Shown in pieces: positions 30,042 to 40,410 of a DNA stretch of 64,000 nucleotides. The position numbers and the translations under genes were made by a program. Source of the stretch: an uncultured delta proteobacterium (GTDB lineage Bacteria > Desulfobacterota > RBG-13-43-22); assembly GCA_963790475.1 (NCBI GenBank), contig CAWBOS010000010.1:1056001-1120000 (forward strand). The letters run 5' to 3'. Positions within the stretch are counted from its first letter, which is position 1. Every line of letters begins with the position of its first letter. The notes under the pieces are model-generated. The model had not been told where the DNA came from and did not search any database. It worked only from the letters and a program-made list of their open reading frames with translations.

Positions 30042-30661
30042 ATGCAATTAAACAAAAGGATGAAGAGATTTCTTATTGTTGGATCAAGTGCCGCAATTGT
30101 AAATTTTGCTTTAATAATTTTTTTCGTTGAAGCATTATCTTTTAACACCTATATCCTAACCCGGACAAGCAGGAACCATATTTGAAATATTGTAACATTT
30201 GGTGGATTCGTAAAAAGTCACCGAAAGCCTATTTTCGTCATTCCCTTGAAAAAGGGAATCCAGTGTTTTTAATAAGTTGAGAATAGCCTGGATTCCCGCC
30301 TCCGCGGGAATGACGACGAAATATTCTATCCAATTTGAGTAGAATTCTATTCCTAAGTTACTAAAAAATATTGCAAATGTAATATCAATAGAAGTAAGTG
30401 TATTTTATAATTTTCTGTTAAGTCGTATCTGGACATGGGATGATGCACCGAAAAGGCAGGGAAGGGACTTGTTTCATAGTTTATTTCTTTTAATCTTGCA
30501 GCCTTAACCGCATAATGGTTAGGATTGTCATTTTTGCTGCGCTCGATAATTTAGGGGTTTTCTATTTAATTAATGTTTTTTTTGGTATAGGTATTGCCTC
30601 TATATTGAATTTCATTCTCTATGACAAACTAATTTTTCGTAGAGTAATACATGCAGAATAA
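30042..30661 (+). pseudogene. GtrA-family flippase pseudogene, interrupted by a ~205-bp insertion and further frameshifts
   Basis: MKRFLIVGSSAAIVNF...NTYIL | KNIANVISIEVSVFYNFLLSRIWTW...FISFNLAALT...LINVFFGIGIASILNFILYDKLIF. Confidence 0.82.
30160..30364. mobile_element. Non-autonomous MITE-like insertion carrying a REP-like palindrome, flanked by a CTAA direct repeat
   Basis: CTAA at 30156 and 30361; removing the insert restores the GtrA frame (Y-I-L-K-N-I-A). The internal hairpin cgtcattccc...gggaatgacg spans 30236-30315. Confidence 0.75.
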
Positions 30662-30691
30662 ACATAACGATGCAATTTCTAACTCACGACC

Positions 30692-31759
30692 ATGAAACTA
30701 CTAATTACCGGTATATGTGGATTTGTCGGTAGTAGCCTTGCTAAAGCGTGGATTGACGCTGATACTGACATTGCAATCTACGGGCTGGACAATTTCATCC
30801 GACCTGGAAGCGAGGAAAATCGGAATCATCTGCAGAAACTTGGTATCAAACTGTTCCATGGCGATATCCGGGTAACGTCGGATTTTGGAACATTACCTAA
30901 GGTTGATTGGGTTATTGACGCTGCCGCCAATCCAAGTGTTTTGGCGGGTGTTGATGGTTATAGCAGCAGCCGGCAATTGATCGAGCACAATCTTTTTGGT
31001 ACCGTGAATATTCTGGAATATTGCAAGAAACATGGCGCCGGCTTTATCATGCTAAGCACGAGCCGTGTTTACTCCATCAGGCCGTTATCCAAACTGATAG
31101 TGGAACCGGTAGCACAGGCATTTCAGTTGAGTGAAGAACAACTCCTTCCACTTGGATTAAGTTCGGCCGGAGTCAGCGAGACGTTTAGCACAGCAGCGCC
31201 AATTTCACTTTATGGCAGCACCAAACTCGCCTCTGAGATAATGGCATTGGAATATGGGGAAACTTTTAATTTTCCAGTTTGGATTAATCGCTGCGGAGTC
31301 ATGGCCGGAGCTGGTCAGTTTGGAAAAGCTGATCAGGGAATTTTTGCTTACTGGATAAACGCTTACCTGCATCGCCGACCCCTGAAATACATCGGTTTTG
31401 GTGGCAAGGGATTTCAGGTACGCGATTGTCTGCATCCCCGCGATCTGATTCCGTTGCTCCAGAAACAAACAGCTATATCCAATGGCAATCTGGTACGCCT
31501 TGTTAATATCGGGGGTGGCAATAGCCACTCCATGTCGTTGGCGGAATTGAGCGCATGGTGCTCCAATCGTTTCGGACCACATGCTATTACCAGTGAACCA
31601 GGGATGCGCCGTTTTGACATTCCTTGGTTGATTCTGGATTGCCGTCTCGCTGGGCAAATATGGAATTGGAGACCGAAGACCTCTCTCAACCAAATTCTTG
31701 ATGAAATTGCTTGCCATGCCCAGCAGCATCCCAACTGGTTGGAGATTTCAGGAGCTTGA
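30692..31759 (+). CDS. NAD-dependent epimerase/dehydratase (CDP-paratose 2-epimerase-like)
   Basis: ITGICGFVG, DAAANPSV, STSRVY, YGSTK and GFQVRD motifs. Confidence 0.85.
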   Translation: MKLLITGICGFVGSSLAKAWIDADTDIAIYGLDNFIRPGSEENRNHLQKLGIKLFHGDIRVTSDFGTLPKVDWVIDAAANPSVLAGVDGYSSSRQLIEHNLFGTVNILEYCKKHGAGFIMLSTSRVYSIRPLSKLIVEPVAQAFQLSEEQLLPLGLSSAGVSETFSTAAPISLYGSTKLASEIMALEYGETFNFPVWINRCGVMAGAGQFGKADQGIFAYWINAYLHRRPLKYIGFGGKGFQVRDCLHPRDLIPLLQKQTAISNGNLVRLVNIGGGNSHSMSLAELSAWCSNRFGPHAITSEPGMRRFDIPWLILDCRLAGQIWNWRPKTSLNQILDEIACHAQQHPNWLEISGA

Positions 31760-31761
31760 TT

Positions 31762-32520
31762 ATGACAGCAAAAAGTTCTTCACCGCCTCAACTCCTCTCA
31801 GTGGTTATCCCGGCGCGAGACGAAGAGGGATGCATATGTTCAACCGTGCAGCATCTTGACCTGGAGTTGAGACTTCAAAAGGTGCCACACGAAATTATCG
31901 TAGTCGATGACGGCAGCAGTGACCATACATGGCAATTACTGCAAGACCTTCAAAAAGATCTTCCGGAATTAAAACCGATGCAGAACAAGGGGAAAAACGG
32001 ATTTGGACGCGCTATTATTTACGGCCTGGATCATATGACGGGAGATGCCGTCGTCATCATGATGGCTGATGAATCAGACGATTGCAGAGATGTTGTTCGT
32101 TACTGGCAGGAACTGAATGTAGGATATGATTGTGTATTTGGCAGCCGTTTTATAAAAGGAGGAGGGACGATTGATTATCCCTGGCTGAAGTATATCTTGA
32201 ACCGGTTTGCAAACTTCTTTCTTAAAGTGATATTCCACATTCGTCTTAATGATACAACGAATGCTTGTAAAGCATACCGCCGCGAGGTGATTGATGGATG
32301 CCGTCCGCTGATCGCTCCCCACTTCAATCTGACTGTGGAATTGCCGCTCAAGGCCATCGTTCGTGGCTTTACATGGACAGTTATCCCTATCACATGGAGA
32401 AATCGCCGGAGTGGAGTGGCCAAACTTAAGATAAAGGAAATGGGAAGCCGCTATCTTTTCATCTGCCTTTACGTCTGGTTGGAGAAGTATCTATCACGGG
32501 GTGATTATCGCAAGTGTTAA
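31762..32520 (+). CDS. GT2 polyprenol-phosphate glycosyltransferase (DPM1-like)
   Basis: SVVIPARDEEG, VDDGSSD, MADES, FGSRF and DTTNA.KAYR motifs. Confidence 0.85.
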   Translation: MTAKSSSPPQLLSVVIPARDEEGCICSTVQHLDLELRLQKVPHEIIVVDDGSSDHTWQLLQDLQKDLPELKPMQNKGKNGFGRAIIYGLDHMTGDAVVIMMADESDDCRDVVRYWQELNVGYDCVFGSRFIKGGGTIDYPWLKYILNRFANFFLKVIFHIRLNDTTNACKAYRREVIDGCRPLIAPHFNLTVELPLKAIVRGFTWTVIPITWRNRRSGVAKLKIKEMGSRYLFICLYVWLEKYLSRGDYRKC

Positions 32521-32956
32521 AATGTGATTGTAAAGACATGTGCCTTTGTAGACCTTTTAATTCAAAGCTCTCTCAATAAGAAACCGTTTTCGGTTAAATT
32601 CATTTCAAATAATAACCGGGATATTTGCTTATGAATTGGATTCCAACTTCCTCGGAACCACCTTCTTTCGCAGGAGATTTCCAGCCGGAAGTCTCAATTA
32701 TCATTCCCTATTATAATTGAGACCCTTGCACAACCGTGCCAAGGTTAGGGGAAAGAAGATTAAGAAGCCAGAAAAAGTTTTATGGGAAGTAGTGTATCAC
32801 AACTTCGGCTTACCAACAATGTTGGTTCGCTAGCGGTGTGGGGCCTTCGCCCCCACGCCCCACCACTGACCTTGTCAGTGGATTTGATTAAGAATTAAAA
32901 AGACATTCCATAGAATCTGCATTGCCTTGGACGTGGTAAAATTGGCTGGCGACAAA

Positions 32957-34348
32957 ATGCGAAAAATTTATTTATTTACGATACCCTTCTTGGTGTCTCT
33001 AGGGGTTGCGGCGTTATTCTATCCAGGGTTTATGTCGTATGACACCCTGCATGCGCTTCGCGGTGCAAGAAATGGGGTAACAGATTCAATGTGGCCGCCG
33101 ATGGTTAGTTATGTCTGGCGAGTGGTCGATTTGGTGTCATTTAATCCGTCTGCAATGCATTTTTCACAGGTATTTCTTCTGCTCTTTTCGATTTTTTTTG
33201 TTATCTTTGTTTTTACAACAAAAATAAAATACGCAACAGCATTCCTGTTCATCTATTTAAGCATCCCTGCGGTGCTTGGCACCGTGGCAGTTATTTGGAA
33301 AGACGTTCTGATGGCGGCTTTCCTTCTGGCCGGCTTTGCGGTTATCGTGTCCATGAGGCTTGTAATAAATAGGTTGGGGGTTATTTTCTTATCGCTGCTA
33401 GCAGTGTTTTTAATATTTCTCGGAGTTTGTTCACGGCATAATGCTATTACTGGTGCTGTTCCATTGCTTTTCTACCTTTCACTGGTCGTGTGCTCACGGG
33501 TTTTGAAAAATCCCTTGTATTTATGGCTAGGTGTAATTTTGACAGGATCGATGCTAATTTGCGTGACTTTTGTCACGAAAAGCCAATTAGACAATTACGC
33601 TCTTCCTGGTTTTGTAAAGATAAGCAATAGAAATGATGCATTCATTCAATCAGTGCGAGTTCTTGATGTTGCAGGTGCAAGTTTGTGCGTAGGCAGTAAT
33701 CTTTTTGCCGAGATATCACCCAATTTGTCTCTTGATGAAATTGGCAGTTTGTATGATCCAAAGCATATAAACCTGTCAAGGGGTTTGCTGGCCAGAGTGG
33801 GTGTTGATAACCGGATCAACAAAATATGGCTGGATGTCGCGGTTCATCATCCGATTTGCTTTTTCAACAACAAATTTCAACTAACTAAATATATGGTTGG
33901 CGCTAATAAAGGGGCTCAATTTTTAATTACTGCACCGGCTATTGATAACAATGAATACGGGTACAGTTTGCCGGAATCCTCTCTTCGTGATACAGCCGTC
34001 GCTTACATAATTTACGCTTCTCAATTGTCTTTTTTTAAGCCATGGTTTATATACCTCATCTCTATCGGTTGTTTTGTTTATTTGATTCGAGTTAAGGCAT
34101 TAACGGCAGATCATTTGACCATTTTCCTGTCGGCTTTTTTTTATTTCGCCGGCCTCGCTGTATTTGGAAATGCGGCCGATGCTAGGTTGCTTTTCTATAC
34201 AACAACTGCTCTTTCAATGTTCACGTTTATTTCCATTTTAGAATTCAAAAAGAGGCATAAATATATCCGTCATTCTCGCCGGTGGTCAGGACACACCTAT
34301 CTGCGAGGGAACCACCACTCGACCAAAACCTATGCTGGCGTGCGTTGA
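32957..34348 (+). CDS. Polytopic membrane protein (putative GT-C); C-terminus reads through into an rfbF remnant
   Basis: YPGFMSYD...DSMWPP, IWKDV and RHNA motifs with multiple TM segments; the last ~30 aa overlap the rfbF remnant in another frame. Confidence 0.6.
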   Translation: MRKIYLFTIPFLVSLGVAALFYPGFMSYDTLHALRGARNGVTDSMWPPMVSYVWRVVDLVSFNPSAMHFSQVFLLLFSIFFVIFVFTTKIKYATAFLFIYLSIPAVLGTVAVIWKDVLMAAFLLAGFAVIVSMRLVINRLGVIFLSLLAVFLIFLGVCSRHNAITGAVPLLFYLSLVVCSRVLKNPLYLWLGVILTGSMLICVTFVTKSQLDNYALPGFVKISNRNDAFIQSVRVLDVAGASLCVGSNLFAEISPNLSLDEIGSLYDPKHINLSRGLLARVGVDNRINKIWLDVAVHHPICFFNNKFQLTKYMVGANKGAQFLITAPAIDNNEYGYSLPESSLRDTAVAYIIYASQLSFFKPWFIYLISIGCFVYLIRVKALTADHLTIFLSAFFYFAGLAVFGNAADARLLFYTTTALSMFTFISILEFKKRHKYIRHSRRWSGHTYLRGNHHSTKTYAGVR

Positions 34349-34400
34349 CGACAAGCCTGTTTTGTGGTACATCATGAACACTAACTCATCTTCTGAGGGT
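34263..34400 (+). pseudogene. rfbF: rfbF 5' fragment
   Basis: ISVILAGGQDTPICEGTTTRPKPMLACVDDKPVLWYIM parallels VILCGGMGTRLREETEYKPKPMVEIGGKPVLWHIM of the intact copy. Confidence 0.75.
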
Positions 34401-34636
34401 ATCCAATGGAAGGAACCTTTGAATGATAAGCTTACTGCCTTTGGTAGCATTTCTCATAATACCATCTTCAATGCGGTTCATGCTGAGAAATTCACCTTTG
34501 GGCTGTCCATGATATCCTTTTTCAATATGGGATCATTAGGAAAGGTCGAAATAAATGGTTAGTTGTGAATCGGTCTCAGGAAAGAAATCAAAGATATGAA
34601 CCAATATAATAAAATCTAGATACTTGGTCTTGAAAA

Positions 34637-35746
34637 ATGTTTAAAGAAGCATATAATAGGAAAAAGGTTCTGATGACCGGCCACACCGGCTTCAAAGGCT
34701 CCTGGCTGTCCATCTGGCTGAGGGAACTTGGCGCAGATGTCATTGGCTACTCTCTCGCTCCGCCCAGTGAGCCCAACAATTTTGTGGCAACAAGGCTTCG
34801 GGAGAGAATAACTCATATTCATGGAGATATCCGCGATCTCGATCGGCTGATGGAAACTTTTAAAAAATATCAGCCTGAATTTGTCTTTCATCTGGCAGCC
34901 CAGCCCATCGTCCGCCTTTCCTACAAAGATCCGAAACTGACTTTCGACACAAACGTCGGCGGCACGGCCAATGTCCTCGAAGCCGTCCGCAAAACCACCA
35001 GCGTCAAGGTCCTAGTCAATGTCACGAGCGACAAATGCTATGAAAACAAGGAGTGGGTTTGGGGCTACCGGGAAAATGACCTGATGGGCGGCCACGACCC
35101 ATACAGTGCGTCCAAAGGCTGTGCAGAACTCGTTTTTAACTCTTATCTTAAATCTTTTTTCTCCCAGAGCGTCGGGCAAAACAGGTCGATCGGCGCTGCC
35201 TCTGCACGGGCGGGGAACGTCATCGGAGGAGGCGACTGGGGCACGGACCGCCTCGTTCCCGATTGTATCCGCGCCCTGAGCGAACATCAGCCTATCGGAA
35301 TCCGCAATCCTCATGCCATCAGGCCCTGGCAGCACACCCTGGAACCCCTCGGCGGTTACCTGCAGCTCGGTGCCGCCTTATTGAAAGAACCTCAAAGATA
35401 TTCCGGGGCCTGGAACTTCGGTCCCGATGACAGTAGTCATTTGACCGTTTCAGACATGGCTGATGGGTTGATAAAGTACTGGGGCGATGGTTCCTGGGAA
35501 GGCCTCTCCGCCCCACAGTCCCTTCACGAGGCGAAGCTTCTGAAATTGAATTGCGACAAGGCTCATACCTGTCTCAATTGGCACAGCGTCTTCACGTTTG
35601 ACGAATGTTTGCAGATGACAGCGAATTGGTATAAGGAATTTTACTCAGGACCCCAGACAAAAGACATGTATCAATTCTGCCTGATGCAAATCCGTGAATA
35701 TGAGAAAAAACAAAAAAAGGTAAATCATGACTACATCCCCTCCTGA
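34637..35746 (+). CDS. rfbG: CDP-glucose 4,6-dehydratase
   Basis: TGHTGFKGSWL, FHLAAQPIV, TSDKCYEN, DPYSASK, RAGNVIGGGDW and RPWQH motifs. Confidence 0.95.
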   Translation: MFKEAYNRKKVLMTGHTGFKGSWLSIWLRELGADVIGYSLAPPSEPNNFVATRLRERITHIHGDIRDLDRLMETFKKYQPEFVFHLAAQPIVRLSYKDPKLTFDTNVGGTANVLEAVRKTTSVKVLVNVTSDKCYENKEWVWGYRENDLMGGHDPYSASKGCAELVFNSYLKSFFSQSVGQNRSIGAASARAGNVIGGGDWGTDRLVPDCIRALSEHQPIGIRNPHAIRPWQHTLEPLGGYLQLGAALLKEPQRYSGAWNFGPDDSSHLTVSDMADGLIKYWGDGSWEGLSAPQSLHEAKLLKLNCDKAHTCLNWHSVFTFDECLQMTANWYKEFYSGPQTKDMYQFCLMQIREYEKKQKKVNHDYIPS

Positions 35747-37055
35747 ACTCATCCGCGCACAGATCCTCGACCTTGTCAGGCAGTATCATAAAGCGAAATT
35801 CGCCTCCAAAACCTTCGAGCCGGATAAGGAACTGGTCCACTATGCTGGCCGGGTGTTCGATGCGGAAGAGGTCGTGAATCTGGTCGATGCTAGCCTGGAT
35901 TTTTATCTGACCGCCAACCGTTACGCCGAACGCTTCGAAGCGGAGTTCGCCGACTATCTCGGCTTATCCAACGCCCTGCTCGTGAATTCCGGATCCTCCG
36001 CAAATCTGGTGGCCTTAACTTCCCTTACTTCTCCGAAGCTCAAGGATCGTCATCTCAAACCTGGCGATGAAGTCATTACCACCGCCTGCGGTTTCCCCAC
36101 AACGCTGAATCCCATTCTCCAAAACCAATTGGTTCCGGTATTCGTCGATGTCAACCTCGGCGACTATACCGCCATCCCCGAAAGGCTTGCCTCCGCCATC
36201 GGTCCGAAGACGAAGGCCATTATGATGGCTCACACGATGGGGGTTCCCTTCCATCTCGACGCCGTCATGGGCCTCGTAAAAAAGCACAACCTGTGGCTTA
36301 TCGAGGACAATTGCGATGCCCTTGGATCAACCTACCGGGATAAACTAACAGGCTCATACGGCCACCTTTCCACTTTTTCCTTCTACCCCGCCCATCATAT
36401 CGCGATGGGGGAAGGCGGCTGCGTGATTACTGACGATGATGAACTCGCCCGAATCGCCCGTTCCATCCGGGATTGGGGCCGAGACTGTTACTGCGCCGGG
36501 GGTGAAAACAACACATGCGGGAAGCGTTTCGGTCAGCATTTCGGTGACCTGCCCTTCGGTTATGACCACAAATATGTCTACAGCCACATCGGCTATAACC
36601 TCAAAGTAACAGACATGCAGGCCGCCGTCGGTTGCGCCCAGCTTCGGAAACTTGAGCAATTCATCGACAGGCGCAAGGAGAATTTTCGGAAACTCACACA
36701 GATTCTGAAACCCTGCGAAGACCGCCTCATCCTTCCCAGCGCCACGGAGAACTCCGATCCCTCCTGGTTCGGATATGTCATCACGGTGAAAGATCAGGCC
36801 GGTTTTACCCGCAACGACCTGACCACATTTCTGGAAACCAATCGCATCGAAACCAGAAACCTCTTCAGTGGCAATCTACTATGTCATCCAGCATATCAGA
36901 AAATCCCCCATCGCATTTCCGGGGATCTGAGGAACACAAATATCATCATGAACAACACCTTCTTTATCGGTGTGTATCCTGGGATCGATGACAAGCGACT
37001 GAACCATATCAAGGCCGTGTTCGATCAATTCATGGCTGGGGAACGTGTATCGTAA
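35727..37055 (+). CDS. rfbH: CDP-4-keto-6-deoxyglucose 3-dehydratase E1 (DdhC/RfbH)
   Basis: NSGSSANLVA, EDNCDALGS, SFYPAHH..MGEGG, RDWGRDCYC..G.NNTC and YDHKY motifs (His replaces the PLP Lys; Fe-S cysteines present). Confidence 0.95.
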   Translation: MTTSPPELIRAQILDLVRQYHKAKFASKTFEPDKELVHYAGRVFDAEEVVNLVDASLDFYLTANRYAERFEAEFADYLGLSNALLVNSGSSANLVALTSLTSPKLKDRHLKPGDEVITTACGFPTTLNPILQNQLVPVFVDVNLGDYTAIPERLASAIGPKTKAIMMAHTMGVPFHLDAVMGLVKKHNLWLIEDNCDALGSTYRDKLTGSYGHLSTFSFYPAHHIAMGEGGCVITDDDELARIARSIRDWGRDCYCAGGENNTCGKRFGQHFGDLPFGYDHKYVYSHIGYNLKVTDMQAAVGCAQLRKLEQFIDRRKENFRKLTQILKPCEDRLILPSATENSDPSWFGYVITVKDQAGFTRNDLTTFLETNRIETRNLFSGNLLCHPAYQKIPHRISGDLRNTNIIMNNTFFIGVYPGIDDKRLNHIKAVFDQFMAGERVS

Positions 37056-37796
37056 ATGGCCACCCCGCAGAAACTCCGTTGCCGAATTAAGAGAATCACC
37101 AATCACGGTGATCACGTCTATACCGTTGATCTTGCGCCAGAGCGGCTAGTCCCCCGCTTCAAACCCGGCCAGTTCCTCCACCTGGCGCTCGATGAGTATG
37201 ATCCCAGCGGTTTTTGGCCCGAATCCCGTATCTTCTCCATCGCCAGTTCTCCTACCCAGAGGGATGACCCGAGGATCTCCTATTCCGTCAGAGGACGTTA
37301 CACCGCCCGTATGGAGAATGAACTTCATGAAGGCCGTATGGTATGGGTGAAGCTCCCCTATGGGGACTTCTTCATTCGGGATGGAAACAATGTGGCGCTG
37401 CTGGCTGGCGGCACAGGCATAACTGCATTCGTCGCTTTCATCGATGGACTTACTAATAAATTTCATAACAACATCTTCTTAGCCTATGGCGCCCGCAAGC
37501 CGGAACTTTTGCTTTATCGGGACTTAATCGACGCCAAGGTAGGCACCAATAACGGCTTTCGTGCTTTTTACTTCGTAGAGACTAAAGATAAGAATAAAAG
37601 CGACAAAACCCGTTCACAATCAACGGGATTCTTCACAGGGCGCCTGTCCCTTGAGGGGATCTGGGACAAGTTGGCAAATCCTCAAAAAACAACCTTTTAC
37701 ATGGCCGGCCCCCCCGCGATGATCCAAGTTTTGACCGGAAGCTTGCTAAACAAAGATATTTCACCGGAAATGATCAAAATAGACGCCTGGGAGTGA
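37056..37796 (+). CDS. FAD/NAD-binding ferredoxin-reductase-like oxidoreductase (E3/RfbI-like, no 2Fe-2S domain)
   Basis: FKPGQF, R.FSIASSP, LPYG.F, LAGGTGIT and YMAGPPAMI motifs; no ferredoxin Cys cluster. Confidence 0.8.
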   Translation: MATPQKLRCRIKRITNHGDHVYTVDLAPERLVPRFKPGQFLHLALDEYDPSGFWPESRIFSIASSPTQRDDPRISYSVRGRYTARMENELHEGRMVWVKLPYGDFFIRDGNNVALLAGGTGITAFVAFIDGLTNKFHNNIFLAYGARKPELLLYRDLIDAKVGTNNGFRAFYFVETKDKNKSDKTRSQSTGFFTGRLSLEGIWDKLANPQKTTFYMAGPPAMIQVLTGSLLNKDISPEMIKIDAWE

Positions 37797-38608
37797 ATAT
37801 GAAAAATGAAAGCAGTAAGAATATCCCCGTTGTAATTCTCTGCGGTGGCATGGGGACCCGTTTGCGGGAAGAAACAGAGTACAAACCCAAACCGATGGTG
37901 GAAATCGGAGGAAAACCGGTCTTGTGGCACATTATGAAGCACTATGCCCATTTCGGTTTTCGTAGGTTTATTCTATGCCTGGGCTACAAAGGGAGCGTCA
38001 TAAAAGAATATTTTCTCAACTATGAGGCAATGAGTAATGACTTCACCATCAACTTAGGAAAAGGAGATCATCTGGCATACCAGAGTAACCATACCGAGCA
38101 GGATTTTAATGTAACCCTTGTGGATACCGGATTGGCGTCGATGACGGGCGGCCGGGTCAAACGGATTGAAAAGTTCATCGATACTGGAACCTTCATGGTG
38201 ACCTACGGAGACGGCCTCGCAAATATTAACATCAATGATCTCGTGGCCTTTCATCAAAGTCATGGCAAACTTGCAACCCTCACAGCAACACGTCCTCCAT
38301 CGCGATTTGGAATTCTTGAATTGACGAAAGATAATCAGGTAAAGCAGTTCCGCGAGAAAGTGCAAACGGAATGGATCAACGGGGGCTTTTTGGTATTCAA
38401 TCGTCGTGTTTTTGATTACCTGGATCCAGATTGTACTTTAGAGCGTGAGCCAATGGAAAAACTGACTGCTGAAAAACAACTGATGGCTTTCCGGCACGAA
38501 GGATTCTGGATCGGCATGGACACATACCGCGAATATGAAATGCTGAACCAAATGTGGGATACAGGGAATGCCCCCTGGAAGTTCTGGGGCGGTGCATCAG
38601 GTATATGA
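37793..38608 (+). CDS. rfbF: Glucose-1-phosphate cytidylyltransferase
   Basis: VILCGGMGTRLREET..PKPMVEIG, TGGRVKR, TYGDG, WINGGF and GFW..MDT.R motifs. Confidence 0.95.
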   Translation: MNMKNESSKNIPVVILCGGMGTRLREETEYKPKPMVEIGGKPVLWHIMKHYAHFGFRRFILCLGYKGSVIKEYFLNYEAMSNDFTINLGKGDHLAYQSNHTEQDFNVTLVDTGLASMTGGRVKRIEKFIDTGTFMVTYGDGLANININDLVAFHQSHGKLATLTATRPPSRFGILELTKDNQVKQFREKVQTEWINGGFLVFNRRVFDYLDPDCTLEREPMEKLTAEKQLMAFRHEGFWIGMDTYREYEMLNQMWDTGNAPWKFWGGASGI

Positions 38609-38657
38609 GAGGGTTTATCTCCCGGAAGTTCGAAAGCCAACATCAGGACAACAGTTA

Positions 38658-40376
38658 ATGATAGTTTCAGATTTCATTGCCGACTTTCTTTATAATCAGG
38701 GAGTCACCTATGCTTATGAAGTAATAGGCGGCATGATAACTCGCTTGGTGGACTCGGTTCATCGACAAGGTAAAATTAAATTGATTAGTGTTCACCATGA
38801 GCAAGCGGCTGCATTTGCCGCAGATGCTATGGGACGCCTTACAGGAATTCCAGGTGTTGCAATGGCCACCAGTGGACCCGGAGCAACTAATTTATTGACC
38901 GGTATCGGAAGTTGTTATTTTGATTCTGTGCCGGCCATCTTCATTACAGGACAGGTAAATCGTCGTGAACAGAAGGGCGGCCGACTGATCAGACAATTGG
39001 GGTTTCAAGAGACGGATATTGTGACGATGGCAAAACCGATAACAAAAGCCGCTTGGCAAATCAATGAACCCGGTCAAGTTCCCCAAATCATGCAGCAAGC
39101 GTTCTTTTTGGCTATATCGGGACGCCCTGGCCCTGTGTTGCTGGATATTCCGATGGATGTCCAGGGCGCAGAAATTAATGGGGTCGCTCCCATTGCGTTA
39201 ACTGTCGAGGTATTACCAACCCCACCATTAAAGCTATTTGAGGATATCTTATGTCAGCTGAGTGTGGCACAAAGACCAGTGGTTCTGGTAGGTGGGGGCA
39301 TTCGTTCTGCCAATGCAGTACACTTACTACGTCAGTTTGTTGATATTGTTCAAATCCCTGTCGTGAATTCACTCTTAGCGGTAGATGTTCTGCCATATCA
39401 ACATCCTTTGCGAATAGGTTTACTAGGTACCTATGGAAACCGCTGGACAAATCTGGCAGTTGGTAGAACAGATTTCCTTTTGGTTCTCGGCAGTCGTCTG
39501 GATATTCGCCAAACTGGATCGGATGTCGCTTCTTTTAAAGCAGATCGTGTCGTTTATCATGTTGATATTGAAGAATCTGAGATAAACAATCGTCTGAAAG
39601 GATGCAACCCGGTCTTATTACATCTGCATGCATTCCTTACCACCTTAGTGGAACTTGTTTCAAAAAGGCATTGGAAAGAACGAAAAGATTGGATTTCTGA
39701 AATTCAAGATTTGCGTAAAAAATGGCCCGATACGCGTGAGGGGCAAGACGTTATAGATATAAATCCGAATGTATTTATGCATGAACTGTCGCGATATTCC
39801 AAACTGGCGTCTGTTTATGCCGTGGATGTTGGGAATAATCAGATGTGGGCAGCCCAATCTTTGGAATTAGAACCATATCAAAGGTTTCTGACATCTGGAG
39901 GTATGGGAGCGATGGGTTTCGCTCTTCCTGCGGCTGTCGGTGCAAGTCTTGCGACAGGCAAGCCCGTGGTCATGATTGCTGGTGATGGGGGTATGCAGTT
40001 GAATATACAAGAGCTTGAAACGATCGCCCATCATAAGCTGCCGATTAAGATGGTGATTTTGAATAATAGGTCGTTGGGTATGGTAAGGCAATTTCAACAG
40101 AGCTATTTTGGCGAGCGTTATCCCTCAACTTATTGGGGCTATTCTGCACCCGATTTTGCTGCCGTAGCAAACGCTTACAAGATTGAAAGTCAAACTGTAA
40201 CAGATTGCCAATCCCTTCAGTTAGCTCTTAAAAAAATGTGGCAGAATCCGCAAGCGCCTTTCTTGTTACAAGTATTCGTTGATGTTTCCACAAATGTCTA
40301 TCCCAAAATCGCGTTTGGGCATCCTATGACCGAGATGGAGCCTTTTGCCAAACCGCAGAAGATGGAAGGTACATAA
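38658..40376 (+). CDS. Thiamine-diphosphate-dependent enzyme (acetolactate-synthase-like, YerE-like)
   Basis: HHEQAAAFAA, TSGPGATN, RQLGFQE, GRPGPV and GDGG...LNN ThDP motifs; embedded among CDP-sugar genes. Confidence 0.85.
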   Translation: MIVSDFIADFLYNQGVTYAYEVIGGMITRLVDSVHRQGKIKLISVHHEQAAAFAADAMGRLTGIPGVAMATSGPGATNLLTGIGSCYFDSVPAIFITGQVNRREQKGGRLIRQLGFQETDIVTMAKPITKAAWQINEPGQVPQIMQQAFFLAISGRPGPVLLDIPMDVQGAEINGVAPIALTVEVLPTPPLKLFEDILCQLSVAQRPVVLVGGGIRSANAVHLLRQFVDIVQIPVVNSLLAVDVLPYQHPLRIGLLGTYGNRWTNLAVGRTDFLLVLGSRLDIRQTGSDVASFKADRVVYHVDIEESEINNRLKGCNPVLLHLHAFLTTLVELVSKRHWKERKDWISEIQDLRKKWPDTREGQDVIDINPNVFMHELSRYSKLASVYAVDVGNNQMWAAQSLELEPYQRFLTSGGMGAMGFALPAAVGASLATGKPVVMIAGDGGMQLNIQELETIAHHKLPIKMVILNNRSLGMVRQFQQSYFGERYPSTYWGYSAPDFAAVANAYKIESQTVTDCQSLQLALKKMWQNPQAPFLLQVFVDVSTNVYPKIAFGHPMTEMEPFAKPQKMEGT

Positions 40377-40410
40377 TGTGGGATGCCGGCACTATTTCCG
40401 CTAAGGTGGT

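Noticed and set aside
38658-40376. Housekeeping ilvB (branched-chain amino acid synthesis)
   Set aside because: No ilvN/ilvC neighbours, and its position in a CDP-sugar operon favours a YerE-like role.
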